A stretch of DNA of 64,000 nt, from assembly GCA_026770705.1 (NCBI GenBank), contig JANJGN010000034.1, forward strand, positions 3,844,001 through 3,908,000, in the 5' to 3' direction. The position numbers and the translations under genes were made by a program. A model generated the notes under the pieces. That model was not told the origin of the DNA. It did not search any database and worked only from the letters and a program-made list of their open reading frames with translations. Positions 26,363 to 40,409 of this stretch are shown here, one piece after another (position 1 is the stretch's first letter; each line of letters starts with the position of its first letter). Origin of the DNA: Isurus oxyrinchus (taxonomy: Eukaryota).

Positions 26363-27559
26363 CTGAAAATAAAAGGTTAGTTGTTCACTAATGCACACCA
26401 GAGGTTAAAATATGTTCCTCTTAGTAAATGCACTGTGTTTAACAACGAAAATGTTGTTTCATTTTTTTTTAATTTTTCCCCTATTGTACGTCCTGGTTAA
26501 TCTACCAACTTGTAATCTCAGGAACATTAAGTAATTCACAGCAGCAGCCGCTCGATATTCAAAGTTTAACCAATTCCTGTTCATCTATCATTCCTCTGCT
26601 AAGTTACCATGATTGATGCACATTCTCAGTTAGAAAAAGGTTATCACTTAACACTGGTATTTTAGCCCTCACTAAATGGGACCATCTGTAGCATTATTGG
26701 AGCTAGAAAAATAGCCACAATTGAGGCTCCCTCGGCGACGCATAATTAAATCATCTCTGAATGCTGCACCTGCCTTCAGTTTATCGATCTCCCTAGGTTA
26801 ACTCTTTACGTATTCAGAGATGAGTGTTTACAAGGAATTTCCCAGGCAGAGAGGGACAACCTACCAAGAAAACTGAATGAAAGTAAGAATGAGAACCGCA
26901 GGAACCAAGGCCTTGATTTCGCACTAAATAATTTAGTAGAGCACACACAGAATTGATGAGTTAAAAGGGGGGGATTGCATCTTGGCCTTTGCAGCGTGAG
27001 TTCACATTTGCGGCGCTGAGTTCATTCAGCAGGAGTGCAAGAGACAAAAGAAGATTGGAGGAATAATACATGTAGTAAATCAATTACATAATTCAACAAT
27101 ACACAATTTCAACTTGCGATTTCAAGATTTGCTTCAGGCAGCAACATAAAATAAGTCCCAATAATATTTTATAAGCGCGACAATTTGAAAGAATGATATA
27201 GAAAAACAATAAATATAATACATGACTGATGGAATCGATGAACACTTTGCAACTGCTTTCACAAAAGTACCAGATGGAGTTCATGTTTCAGTAGAGGATC
27301 GGGTATGTGAATATCTCACAGGAAAAATAGAAGGAAATGACTTGTTAGTTAGATTATAATTACTCAATTTTAAAACCTCAGCTTGTCCAGATTGCATGCA
27401 ACCTAAACTTCTGAGGGTAGCCTGCTTAGGAATAGAGGAACAATAATGGATGTTGGATATGGAAGAGATGTCAGATGTCTGTGTGATAGCCGTTCTGTCA
27501 CCCCGCACCAAAACAGCCAAAAGAATAAACCTGCAAGTATGTTTCCATAACCATAAAGG

Positions 27560-28670
27560 CAATGGTGGGAAAGTAACTTGAGGCCATGATCAGAGACAAA
27601 GATTCTTACCACACCACATGTTTACAAAGAATATGCAGTACAGAGATTTATGCTTATATCCTACCGGACTAAACTGTGTGAAAAGCTTTATGAAGTAAAT
27701 ATGTTTGAGAATGTGGCAGAGGCAAGAGAGCTGAATGATAATGATAGTTTGATGAAATAGCTTAATTCAGCATTACTTAAACAAAAATGAGACATACATT
27801 ATATCAATTATATGGAGGGGTTGTATGCTTCAATTTGTAATGCATAGTTAAAGGCCAAATACGTGTAAGTTATGTTCTTCTAACTGGAATTAAAAATGCC
27901 ATGTGGAATCAAAAGGCTCATTATGGGCTTTTTAACTCTCTTCGAATTCAATGAACTGGGGCTGCTTTACAAGTGTAGATTTGGAGTTTTTGTGTGATGC
28001 TGTTCAATACTGAGCACGCACTAACGTAATTAAAATGGAAAGGAAAGCTGATAAATGGGCAACCATCGTTCGGGATGGACTTTACAGTTGTTGATTTTAA
28101 AGGGACGAGATTTGTAGAAAAAAGACAGAGGGATACCATGGACGTGAATGGTATAATATTGGATGAGATGCAAAAGCACAGAGACCTGGCTGTGCACTCT
28201 GAAAAATTCCTTGGTGATAGGAGGGCAAATTGTTGAGACACTTAATAAATCATGAGCGATTTAGATTTTTTTTTTGCCAAGAACATTGAATTTAAGGTGT
28301 AGGTTTTTAAGTCACTGTTAACACCTCTGCTGCAATATGGTTTTGGATGTGAGCCTTTGAAAAAATGTTTCATGCTTCGGAGCATCTAGAAAAATTGACA
28401 TTCTGGCGCTGAATCTAGCAAAACATCTGAATAAATGAAATTGTTTCAAATGTTGAACTGTTTAGATGGAATAAGTTGGACAAAATTGGTTACCCTCTGA
28501 AGTGCAATGGTAACCTTAAATGCCAAAATTTCAAAATGTAATTTTTACTGATTTTCAATGGAGTTGACACATATTTATGGGACCGTTTCTGGTGTACGTC
28601 AAAATTAACAAGATTCTTAGCAAATCCAGAACAGAAAAAGCAGCCCTTACGCTCTCACATTCTATGATTC
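27560..28670 (+). mobile_element. Decayed CR1 RT-to-3' fragment
   Basis: gtggggaaagtaacttgaggccatgatcagagacaa (VGKxLExxIRD), cagagacctggctgtgc (RDLxV) and a tail attctatgattctg. Confidence 0.55.
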
Positions 28671-28750
28671 TGCACGATGATTTTTAAATGCTACATCGCC
28701 ATTGCTCTGTAACTCAAAGACATGCAGATACGCAAAAGTGACATATTTAC

Positions 28751-28777
28751 CAGCATCCTTCATAAGCAATGCCTTCG
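28751..28777 (-). CDS. 27-nt micro-exon B2, (A)KALLMKDA
   Basis: tcaatttaatttacag|CGAAGGCATTGCTTATGAAGGATGCTG|gtaaat. The AxA(L/F)LxK(D/E) motif is shared with B1/B3. Confidence 0.85.
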
Positions 28778-31039
28778 CTGTAAATTAAATTGACACAGAA
28801 TCACATAATTTTTCAGACACAGAGTGGAGGCATTCGGCCCATCACGCTACCACAATAACTGTGTGGGGGTGTTTTCCGTAATGCCACTTCATCAACTTGT
28901 CCCAGTAGACTTCACATCTCTTCTTGTAAAAGGAAGTGTTAAGTCTAATGCTATGGTTAATGGTAATTATAATAGTTGTGTACAATGTACAATGTGGACC
29001 ATGTTGCAACAGTGACACCAGCAGTCTTGTGTTTCAACCTGGGAAGAGAGGATGGAACAGAATGTGTTTTTAAGAGCCATAGCGACTGTGTAACCTTCCT
29101 TATACAGAAGGTTAATAAACCAGTTCAAAGTAAACCCGTGATTAATATTACATCCTATTTAGGTAAAATCGGCAATGGGTACAAAAAGATACCAACCACG
29201 TCAAACATAAGTGTAACAGTAAACAAGAAGTGGGTTGTGATAATATATGTTTTTACAAAGGTCATCTTCTTTAACTAACGATAAAATATGCTAATTCGCT
29301 AATGAATGTTTCTTTTAATAATGCAGCGAGTAACATGTTGAAGATGTAACGATGAAGTGTTGAATTGTATAGGTCCAGGCATCGAAACATGTGTTTACCA
29401 ATAAAACAGTTCATATTGGTAAATGATAATGACACAACAATGTGTTATAACTTTTTTGTAGCTTTACATCATTTGCCTTTACCCAGGAGATGTTCTACAT
29501 GTTCTTTGCTGTAGCACTGGCAGATGTGACAAGGCAGAAGAAAGTAAAACAAAAAAACTGAAAGAACCTCTTCTATTTAGGGAGAGCTTTTCCTGATCTC
29601 CGTATGTCACAGATAACATCTTCTCCAATTAGTTAAGTTGCAGTTGTGTTCTGATTTTCCAATAGCCAATTTGCACAAAATAATCCAGGACAGAACATAA
29701 AGAGCATCAGTTTTGAAAAGGCAGTTTCAGAGATGAATTATTTAAGCAAACTCTCATTAGCTCAAAATAGGAGGAGGGAAACTTAGAGAGTCACAGAATC
29801 CCTGAACAGACATGAAGGGTGATAATAACTTCATGTCAGTTTATATTCATTGGCATGTAACTTCAGGGTCAAGGGCTTGTGCACGCAGTACAGGCACGGC
29901 CGGACAACTGACAGAGGATCTGCTGGTCAAGACCACTGAACAGCCAAGGATTGTTTGGCGGCCAGAGACCTTTGAACCACTTGTTTATTCCAATACTCTA
30001 CTGTTGTTGACACATCCGTATATTCTCAAAATACAGCGTGTGGTCAGGGAAGACATACTTGGGCTTCCAATGGATGTTAGAGATGAGGGTTTCAAACACA
30101 CCTTTGCAACTGCCATGTCTCCATTCCTTGTACACATGTTTTCCTGATTTTGATGACTGTTAAGGAAAGGCAAAAGCTGTACGCCACTCACAGGATGCTG
30201 AAAATATGTTAAGAGCTACAGGCAGCCTGTCCTGCAGGGGATCAGTAGTGGCTAAGCTTTGAATCTGGCATTTCCTCTCATGGAGCACTTGGTGTGAACA
30301 TCGCCTCAAAACAGCTTCTGCCACTGATGCAAGTTTCTCAAGTAGTAGAAACGAGAGAAGCGTTCCCTTCATTCATCATGCTGCAAGCGATGAAAGGGAG
30401 AATGCCATGGAGCTTTAGAGCCATGGAAAAGCGTGTTCCACATCCAGCCAGCAACTCAGTTCAAACTGCAGGGTGAGAACCATATAGTAGTAAACGTAAA
30501 AAATTTTGAAAGTGCAGCTAGCTACACTTGGTTTTAAGCCAAGAAGAGAAAGTTAAAGTGTGAAGCGACACACTTCTTGCACCATTTAATAAGCATGTTA
30601 ATGTGGTGGCATGAAAACGCCCTCCGTGTTTCTTCTGCCCTCTGGAAATTCATGTGCTTCGTTCCTGAAGGGTTTGATGACAGAGAGAGTTTTATTTTTT
30701 ACATCATTACTCATTAATCGCATGTGTGTGCAGGCTGGCTAAGGCAGCATGTGCTGCCCATTCCTAAATGTCCTTACTAAGTTTATTGTGAACTGCCTTA
30801 TTTAATCTTTGCAGTATTTGCCGTGTAGGTACATGCACTGTGCTTTTAAGAAGGCAGTTCAAGGATGTTAACCCAGCAGCAATAAAAGGCAAAGATATAT
30901 GAAAATTATATCTTTGCAAGTCAGGATGGTGTTTGGCTTATGGAGGAGGGCGGGGTGGACGGGTGGGGGACCTTCAGGTGCTGATGTCTTGAGTGGTAGA
31001 TTTCCTATGCCTGGTACAAATAAAGGTGTAATTGTGCTG

Positions 31040-32320
31040 AGGATGATCGACTAATAAATAGAAGAGCTGACCTGACCTACATGTGGGTCTTGACTCATAG
31101 AAATGGTTGACTTTTAAATGTATGCCTAAATGGTCTTGACCACAGTTGTGTCATATTGATCCGATATTAGTTCGAAATGGAATGGGTAATGATTGACCAC
31201 CCACCATCAGGAATTGTCAGTGGTAATCACAGGATTGTCAAGCCTGAAGAACAGCACTTATTAGTTGTTGAAGTGCCAAATTTGCAGCGTTGGCTCGCGG
31301 GATCATACATTAGAACTAATGACTGAGAAATCTCAATCAGTGGAGAAGATCTATAATCGGGAGGAAGTTGTCTTGGAAGCCGTTACCATCGACTCCAGAC
31401 CACTTCATTCTCCATGGCATCAGGTGAACATGATGATTACAACCTACCAAAGCCCATCCCCATCAGCTCCCTCTTCAGCCCACTGCTAATGAAGCCGTAC
31501 TCCACCATGCTGATAATCACTCGGAGGAATCAGTCAGGGTGGCAAGGAGGCATAATATTCTCTCAGTGGGGCAACTCAATTTCCATCGCAAAGACATTCT
31601 GGGAAGCACCACTGCACACTGAGCTGGCCGAGTACTTGAGGACATTGTTATTTGACGTAGTCTGCCGAAACTGTTGAGGGAACCAACAAGAGGGGCAGAA
31701 AAACATGTTTGATCATTCTCACTAACAGGCCTGCCACAGATGCATCTGGCCATGTAATTATTAGTTGGACTGAGCATTAAGCTGCCCTTTTGGAGACGAA
31801 GCTCCCTTTTCAGATTGAGGGTAGGCTCCATGGTTTTGTGTGACACTGCCACAGTGAAAAATGTGGATCATTTCGAAGGATACAGCAGCTCAACCATGAG
31901 GCACTGTGGGCCATCAGCAGCAACATCATTGCACTCGAACACATTCAGTAACATCACGGCATGGCATATCGCCCACTCTGCCATTGCCATCAAGCCCGAG
32001 CGGCATTACTAGTTCAAAGTAGAGTGATGGAGGGCATGACAGGATCAGCACCAGGCAATCTTGAAAAAAAGAGTGGTGCCCACTTGGTAACGATACAAGA
32101 AATGACTCCTTGTGTGCCAGTATTATAAACAGCAAGTGTCAGAGATATTAAAGCGATCCCAACAACCAAAAAACAAGATCTAATTCTGCAATCCTGCCAC
32201 GTCTAGTAGTGAATGTTGGTGGCGTAATAAAGAACTCACTGGAGGTGGAGGTGACTCCTCAAATATCGTCACTCTCCGTGATGTGGGAACTCAGAGCATA
32301 ATTGAAAAAGGTAGGGAGGA
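31040..32320 (+). mobile_element. Family-B LINE 5'/endonuclease region
   Basis: APE endonuclease remnants: LITTYxxP (tgattacaacctaccaaagcc), GxFxxH, REPTRG (agggaaccaacaagaggg) and WW (gaatgttggtgg). Confidence 0.62.
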
Positions 32321-33699
32321 AGCAGAGCCTTTAGGAACATTGAAACACATTCCACTTATAAAATCTGTGGCCAGCTGGAATGCACAATGATAACCTATAT
32401 GCCTTCGATTATGCCAACCACCTGGTCGACTGCATTTTTTGTTACAAAACATGTAGCTCGCTCAGCTTTTCATCCCGAATCGGAGTGGTTGTGTACACCT
32501 TCGGCTGTTCACTTCAGGCACTATCGTTTTGGTTTATGTGCGACAGACTTCGAGATCCCAATTATTCCTCCAGTAACACGTGAAGATCCACAGGTGCATA
32601 TCTTTATCGCCATGGTGACCTTCGGTGTCACTGGCTTTGATAGTCACCAGCTCCAACGCAGCCCTGTTGAACTTTCACCATGACACACAATGACGTCCTC
32701 TTTGGTGAACCACAAACCTCGGCATCACTTTCATTTGAAAATCATAATCAGGCATGGAGACTCCTATTGTTTTCTGCGTCCTAATCTTTCCGATATTCTG
32801 AAGCCCTTCTTTTCAAGTGCACTTTTTGGAGTATGAATGTTTAAGTATAATGTTAACCTTTAGCTAATTTAGTAATTTAATGACCTTCCAAGTGCGCTGA
32901 TGTGTCATGTCCTCTCAACATGCTGGCTGACATTGGGAAAATCGACCGGGTCCATGAAGATATCGGGTGCGTGCCTCCAGATCTTCTGCGCTGTTATTTT
33001 GCCACCTCTGCCATTGACTTTGCCCCATATGTGTCCATAAAATGCAAACCACAGGCAACACAGAACACACATGCACAGATACACATAGCATAATGTCATT
33101 AATTGGCAAAGACCTCGGGAAGTCCATTTATACCAATGAAACGTGATCATTTTGCAGTCAGATTAAAATAAATATATTGAATTCGCTAATTCAACTAAAT
33201 GTATTGAAGGATGCTGAACGAAGAAGGGAGCTCAGCGCTTGATAGAGATGTACATGTTTTAGTCTGTGTACACATGCAAATTATCCGTCCTTGTTTTAGA
33301 AAGTAAGTGGGATGAGCATTAACTGGAGGTCACCATAAGCTGTTTTCCAGACATAGATAGTGCTGTCGATTGCATTTGCCCACATCAAGCAATGCAAATA
33401 CTGCGAAAAGCATCGACATCTGCTGATATTGCATGTTATGTGCCGCACAATTCTACCAACAATTGTTCTGCCACTTCCTCCAGACTCCACTGCAGGACCG
33501 AAGAACAAACACCTTGTGTTCTTGTTGAAGCCAGCTGCGCAGGTACTCATACAACCCACTGAAAAATTGACTACATGAACTGGGCACTGTTTCCTGATTT
33601 GCCGAACACATGTCTCACCGCAAGGTCATGTTTCCTCAATTCTCCCATGTTCGCCTCCAACGAGGACAGAAAACTAAATGCAACAAATTTAAGTTCCCA

Positions 33700-35200
33700 A
33701 TGAAGAGCGGCATCAGTGAGAACCAGAACTGGTCGAAGCTTGCTACAATATTTTAAAATGTTGACAATCTTTCTAGATAGGTCTAAACATTGGTCCCTAA
33801 TTATAGATTGTCCCACAAAACGAAACACTGCATTTGCCTTCCTAATTGTTTGGTGAACCTGCAGGTTAGATTACCCTGACTTATGAGGACGAATAATCAG
33901 GTCAATTTGAAAATCACCCGTCTCTCCCAATTGAAGATATACTCGACATTTCTATTTAACCTTCCAAATATTTCGGGGAGGTGTTCGTCTTGCATCTTCT
34001 TCCTTTAATAAGGGAACAGATATGTGTTTAGTTAATCAGCCATCACTTTATTATCCAATATAAATATTCCGTTCTCTGCCTGTCTTGGGCCTACATTTGT
34101 CTTTACTAATCGTTTTCTTTTTCACATCTTCAGAATGTTTTGTAGTCTGTTTTTTTTCCCGCAATTTCTCTTCCATATTCTATTTTATCTTCCTTTATCA
34201 ATATAATGGTTCGTCTTCGCTGAATTTTAAAATGCTGTCGAAAACTCAGCCATAAATTGTATATCCCTTCCCTTGGTCTCAGACAAACTTGAACTTCATG
34301 TGTTCTTCATGGTTGGATCACTTTTCTTACTAGCCTTTGTATGCTAAAGGAATGCACACTTACTTCAAACCATGCATTAATTCCAGAAATGTTAACCACT
34401 GTTTTTCGACCGTCATACCGATTAATGTATTTCCCCGATCTGCATCAGCCACCTTGCCTCCCATAGTTGCACAGTCATCTTGTTTAGATTTAAGAGTTTA
34501 GTTTCGGACTGAACTAAATCAATTTCCAACTTCATATAAAGTTCAGGTACATTATGGTCATTCTTCCAGAAAGTTTTATTTCAAACCAGGTAATTAATTA
34601 TTCGATTCTCAATATATAATACTACATCCAAATTAACCGATTCTCTAGTTGTTTCCTCAACATTCTGCTCTAGAAAATTGATGACTACGCATTGCACGAA
34701 TTCACCCACCTCGGCATGATTGGTAATTAATCTACTAGCCTATACATAGATATAAAACCCTCCCATTATATTAGTTAAAGGTACCTCAAATTTCCTGATC
34801 TGTACCATGCGTTGTACCTGTACTGTTACGATTATATTGTGACCTATAAATAACTACAACGGCTTTTTTTCTGCCTTTTCCCAGTTTTCTTTGTAACATG
34901 AAAACTGATTTTACATCTTCATTTTCCGAAATAATTTTTTCTCAAAATATTATACTGATCCCATGCCTCACTAACACTGTAAGACCATTTCTTTCTCCTG
35001 TTCGGATGTCCTTCGTAAATGCTAAATGCACCTGAACTCTTACTTCCCATCCTTGCCCCTCCCACCACCCCTCTGCAGCCAGCTTCATATGATGTCAAAT
35101 ACGTCCTATCTGTTTACTTATAATTTTGCAGTCATTTCACCCATCTTGCTTCGAATTCGGTATGAATTCAGATAGGGTGTTTCTGTTTCTGTCCTATTAT
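33700..35200 (-). mobile_element. Decayed CR1 ORF2 fragments
   Basis: gcatttgccttcctaatt...cctgcaggtta and ttcaggtacattatggtcatt (reverse of SDHNxxEF). Confidence 0.5.
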
Positions 35201-37703
35201 TTTGGTAGACTCCAACTTTAAACTGCCGGCACATTTCCCGCGTGTATGTTATGTCCATTCCAGGAGCACTCTGATAACAAGTGACATGATAGCTATCCTT
35301 CTGTCTTATCTTCTCCCTCTTCAGTATAGCACCTTTTCCCTCAGACATACTATTTACTGTAAAACCCTCCATACGACTCAAAAGATGTCTGCTAAATAAC
35401 TTTTGCAGTGAAGAGTGTTACAGCTCCCGCATTCCCCAATGGTGGCGCAACACTGAAGCTCTTTTCAATCACATTAATCGCTGACAAACATGTTTTGCGC
35501 ATAATCTCATTTACCCTACGGCAATTCGCTCCTGGCTGAACTAATAATAACCTTCACGGTTTGACTCTCTTTAAACCTTTAAGCAATACCTGCTCATCAC
35601 CTCTAAGCAAAAAGAAAATGTTTCCTGGAGCATGCTATGTCGCCAGTATGTGCGTGAAGCGCGACCACCTGACCTCCCCTTGACCTGCATTTTCCAAAGA
35701 GGTATGGCAGTCATAGACTGTTGCAAAGGACAGCTATAAACAGTTGTAGCACCAAAATGACACCTCTCCCCTGTCCGCAATGACACCTTTCGACCTCCCA
35801 CAATGAATGGGCGATTTGGGCGACTGTCACCGATCCTCATATTCATGTCCAAAACTTTGGCTTGCAATCCAGTGCAATGCTGAAATTGAGATATATCTGT
35901 GCCTTTCTTTATTATTATAAGATGTCGGATGGGTGCCCGGCTTGTCCTATCATTGGCTTGCAACAAATCACAATGCAGTATTTCTCGAATGAGTGTTGCA
36001 ATTCTGGCAAGTGCCCGTGGTTGAATCCAATAGGCAACACTAAAAAAAAACACTTTTTTCTCAAAAAGTGTTATTTTTGGAACATTTTAAAAATATTTTT
36101 TGCATGTTAGTAGTTGTGTGTCCTACATTACTGATCTCCAAATGTCCATAAATGGAGACGACGCACAGTATTTGGCTGCTTGGATTTATTGGATGGAGAT
36201 TAGAGGTGCAAACATACCCTGTTATGCAACAACAGCAATGTTTTAAATCAAACAATTTAAAATACCTATCTAGACATGACAATAGAAGGTGCCTGTTAAC
36301 TGAGCACTAGGACATTCCGAACAAAGAAACAAAGGCAATTTAGCATGACAAAAAATATGATATTGTGTGGTATCATATTTCTCATTGACGTAGGACATCC
36401 CACTGTAGTTTCTAGCATGATATAAATAAATCCTTCTAACGAGCAACCAATATTGGAAATAGCAATTGCAAAACACATTATCTTTCTTAACAAAGAGCAG
36501 CAAACTAACTTCTTAATGACTCGGCCATCTTTTCCCATATTAATTGATGCACTGATACTATTCAGAACATTGGTTAAGCCGAACCTGCTCCTTTTTCGAA
36601 ATCCTGCCTTGCATTAACATAAGTGGGCAAGTGGTGCCTTGAATTAACGTCACAGTCAGAAGACAGCAAATGCAATGGTATATCACCCCACCAGGGATGT
36701 AATGGTGTCTGCGTTCATTTGTTTTACTCAAGATTTGAGGAAGAAAATGAGTCCATGAATTTCCGTGTTGGATGTGAGCATACTACAAATTGAACAAATG
36801 GCTAACAGCGTTGAATTAGATAAAATAAGATTCAAGTCGGTTTGAATTCCATGCACACAATAATGCCCATACATTTCTGCACCTATATTATCACATACCT
36901 GTGCAGGCTCTTGTCTACATCTGGACTGAATTCTACATCACTAGCTCTATCTGTTTGAATTAATCCCTCTTTTTGAATATATAACAGGACGTGTTGTGGC
37001 CTAATTGTTAGCATCACTGCTTCTGAGGCCGAGTCCCCAACTGGAAGCCAAACAACCGGAGTTGATGGCCAGGGAAGATGCCACCATAAAAGGGTCAAAA
37101 CGGTTGAGGATCGTCTATTAATTCATTCCAACGGTTGCGAGGGACAGGCGTTAATATGTGGAGAGATTTCCTGTTGGCAGTTCCATTGAAATAATATTGG
37201 AGCCTCTACGAGCGCTATTCACATTTTCTGACAGCAACATGCAGGCGAACATTTCTGCATTCATGGCAAATCGCGCTATTTGGTGTGCCAGTTAGCTCAG
37301 TTGGCCGTTGAGTGTGAGAATGGTACCAGCAGCAGTGGATTCGGGATCTGCCTCCCTGTTCTTTCTGTGCTTGAATTCGTGTTGTCCTATGTCCGGTTTG
37401 GCTGTGGCTGAGAACTGAAAATTCGAATAAGTGAAAATGCTCAAAAAAGTTGCGGAAAATAACCGGAAATTATATTCCACGTAATAATCTCAACATTGAT
37501 AATTTACTGAAACATCGATCCCTTACCAATTTCAAGTTATAGATTTATACATTGTTTTTGCCCTGATAATTGTTTTCCCTCATCCCCCGCAACATATATG
37601 TATTTCACTGGATTCCAATCAAGAAGTGGCACTGTTTAACATTTGTGTGGATGTAAATATGAATGTAAGATTTACTTTAAGATATTGGAAACTTATAGCT
37701 TAC

Positions 37704-37730
37704 CAGTGTCTTGAAGAAGCTTATCTAACG
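37704..37730 (-). CDS. 27-nt micro-exon A2, (A)LDKLLQDT
   Basis: ttattcatcatttacag|CGTTAGATAAGCTTCTTCAAGACACTG|gtaagc. 23/27 nt identical to A3; flanks unrelated beyond the splice sites. Confidence 0.92.
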
Positions 37731-38331
37731 CTGTAAATGATGAATAATATTTCTGAGTTGCCTTTCATTTCACTTGTCCGGAAGCAATAGAACTGAGTAT
37801 CAGGTTGAAAGGAGCATTTGGCGATGCAATCACTCCCGTTCTGCAATTGTCTAACACGATTAGTTTCGTGCAATTCATGCGTAATGTATTCTACCTCTAG
37901 AGAACATGTACAAAAATTTCTCCTCACTAGTCACTTATGCAATTGGCATCGGCAGGGCCATGTCTTGAATGAAAAAGGAGATTGACACCTCTGTTTTTGT
38001 TAAGAACAGCAATTTTTTAAAATGAGTTATTTACAGAATAGATTTGCAAACTCGTCACATTTCATCCGAGAATTGCTGTTGATCACCAGAATGATCACAG
38101 AGAACGTTCATTGAATCAAGATATTCATGGGAGGAGGGCGGCTACTGATGTGCACTGAAGAACGAGCGAACCAAATTGCTGAAGATTATAAACTGCAGGC
38201 AAGACAGGCACAAATTTCTCCTCAAAATAATGTAAATCTACGAGATAATTAAACGTGTCTTCACCTTCTGTTGCAGAACACTGACAATAGGTAAACAAAC
38301 AAATCTGTACTAGGGTACTACATTCTTGCAC

Positions 38332-38358
38332 CTGCATTCTCTTTCAAAATCTCTATAT
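38332..38358 (-). CDS. 27-nt micro-exon E2, (D)IEILKENA
   Basis: gcttctgttttgcattacag|ATATAGAGATTTTGAAAGAGAATGCAG|gtgcaa. Last 13 nt match E3 at 12/13. Confidence 0.82.
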
Positions 38359-38391
38359 CTGTAATGCAAAACAGAAGCATCAGAGTTTGCA

Positions 38392-39680
38392 TAAGAACAT
38401 AGTATCTGAAGAAACTCATTCGGCATTTCAAGCCTGCTCCACCATTCACTAAGTTCATCGCTAAGCTGCTTATGGTCTCAGTTCATTTCCCTATCTGCAG
38501 AAACATAACTGTTGGCTCCCTTGCCTAACAAAAATTGCCTAACGTTGCCTTAGATAACTTCATAAACAGCCTAAATTACTTTCCCGGAAAGAGAATTCCA
38601 AACACCAACGACCCTTTAGGATAAAAGGAAAACTAATTTATATCTAAACATCTATTGCCCATCGTCTAGGCTCCTCCATACTCGAGACCATCCTCCGCAT
38701 TCTACCTTATCACGTTCAATCAGGATCTTAAATATTTAAATAATATGACATAGCATTTATCTAAACTCTAATAGTAACAAGAATAACATGTTCAAACTTT
38801 TATTTTAACACAAACCAAGCGTCAGAATCCCCAGAATGAGTTCAGTGAACCGTTTACTTTTGACCTGCTGGTCAAGCAAATATATCATTTTAATGTGATC
38901 AATTATGCACACACGTCTCCAGGTGTGGCCTCAGAAACGTCCTGTATAGGAATAGTGAAACATCCGTAATTCTGCTTTTCTTTCTTACAATAAAGGTCAA
39001 TATGTCATTTTACCCTCTAATTACTTGATTTCCCTGGACATGATATGGGTTTCGTTTACCAAGGCAACTTAATCATCCTGTACCACGGAGTTCTGTGCTC
39101 TTTCTCCATTTTAAGAGCATTTTGGTTTTCTATTTTTCATGCGAAAGTGAAAATGTTCCTGCTCTTGACAACTTACATTGGCACTTATTCTTGGGTTTAT
39201 CGGCGACTTTAGCTACCATACAATTGCTAGATTCATGAAAACCACTGATATAGATCGTAAATTTGTGAGGGGCAAGCGCTGTAGAGCACCATTGGTTATA
39301 GCTTTCCTATTCGAAAAATACCGATTTATCAACATTTCTGCTTCCTTTTCGCCAATCACCCTTTCATCCCTGCGAATAGTTTAAACCCCTGCACCATGTG
39401 CTCCCACCTTGTTTACTAAAATTTGATCTGGCACCTTATTCGATGTATTTTCAAAATCGAGGTACACCAACACCACCGGTTCCCCGTCATCCATCATAAA
39501 TGCAATTCGTCAAAGAAAAGCTCCAACAGATAACCTAAACACTGTTTACCTTTTACAGATTCATTTTGGCTCCTTCTGACCAAAGTGTGATATCGAAGTA
39601 TCCTTCTATAATCTTCTTAAGAATGTATTCTATGCTTTCCCTTTGTCCTATTTTTAGACTGTCTGGCCCATTGGCTCCTA
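38392..39680 (-). mobile_element. CR1 3'-to-RT fragment
   Basis: Starts with the reverse tail cataagaacatag...cattcggc...gcctgctccaccattca and continues to ggcaccttattcgatgtattttcaaaatc (reverse of DFxxAxDKVP). Confidence 0.62.
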
Positions 39681-40409
39681 CTTTCTGCCACAAACTTTTG
39701 TTCAAATGACATCACATCACCATTGAGTATCACATCGATTAGGAACATATTATTCAAGGTGTGAATGAAACGCAACAGAGTGGCAGGTTGACAATAAATT
39801 TATCAGGCAGGAATTTTATGTACAGCTAATGGGTTCGTCCTGGCGATTGAAAAGACAATGAAATATCAATATACTTTCTGTGCGAGAACATTGCCCCATT
39901 CATTTATATTCTTGCTGTGTTTGTCCTTAATTGGATTTCGTTGGGAAATGCTTTTCATATCTGCATCAGTCGTCTGAATGAACTGTCCCGTAATCTTCCA
40001 TGTACGATTAAACCTTCTACCTAGTTTGCAAACATATTATTATGGTTTTTACACCAATTGTTTCACATTTCCAACTGCCCTGGTATTAACACTAAGGTGG
40101 GATATTTGCTTGAGGCATTAGCGAGCAACAAAGTGAAAGCCTGTAGCATGCCCAAGTAGTCCAAGTTCATCAGGGCTTTGCCATCGTAATTTTATTTTCT
40201 ACATTTATCAAAATGAATTGAATAACTGTCCCCATCCATTAAAGCTGGTCGACGTACTGCAGCCAATATCCTGTCAATGCTGGAGTCAAGATACTGAACA
40301 CAACATATAACCTTATACTCATAACATGGAAAATAGAGTTATTATTACAATCGGGCAGTTTTTTTTTCCAGACAGTTTCAATATAACTAACGTGATGTAA
40401 TTTTAATCG

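Noticed and set aside
26673-26702. 30-nt open box (A)PIMLQMVPF between B2 and C2
   Set aside because: No paralog in the other modules, it ends in A, and it would break the conserved B-C heptad junction.
35333-35356. 24-nt open box (V)NSMSEGK; similar weak boxes at 20331-20348, 20513-20548, 4312-4338 and 1620-1646
   Set aside because: Mediocre splice sites, no paralogs and some lie within repeats. A few such boxes are expected by chance in 64 kb.
36899-36925. 27-nt box with strong donor cag|gtatgt
   Set aside because: TAG in phase 1 and a weak acceptor; the 22-nt alternative (DVDKSLH) is not symmetric.
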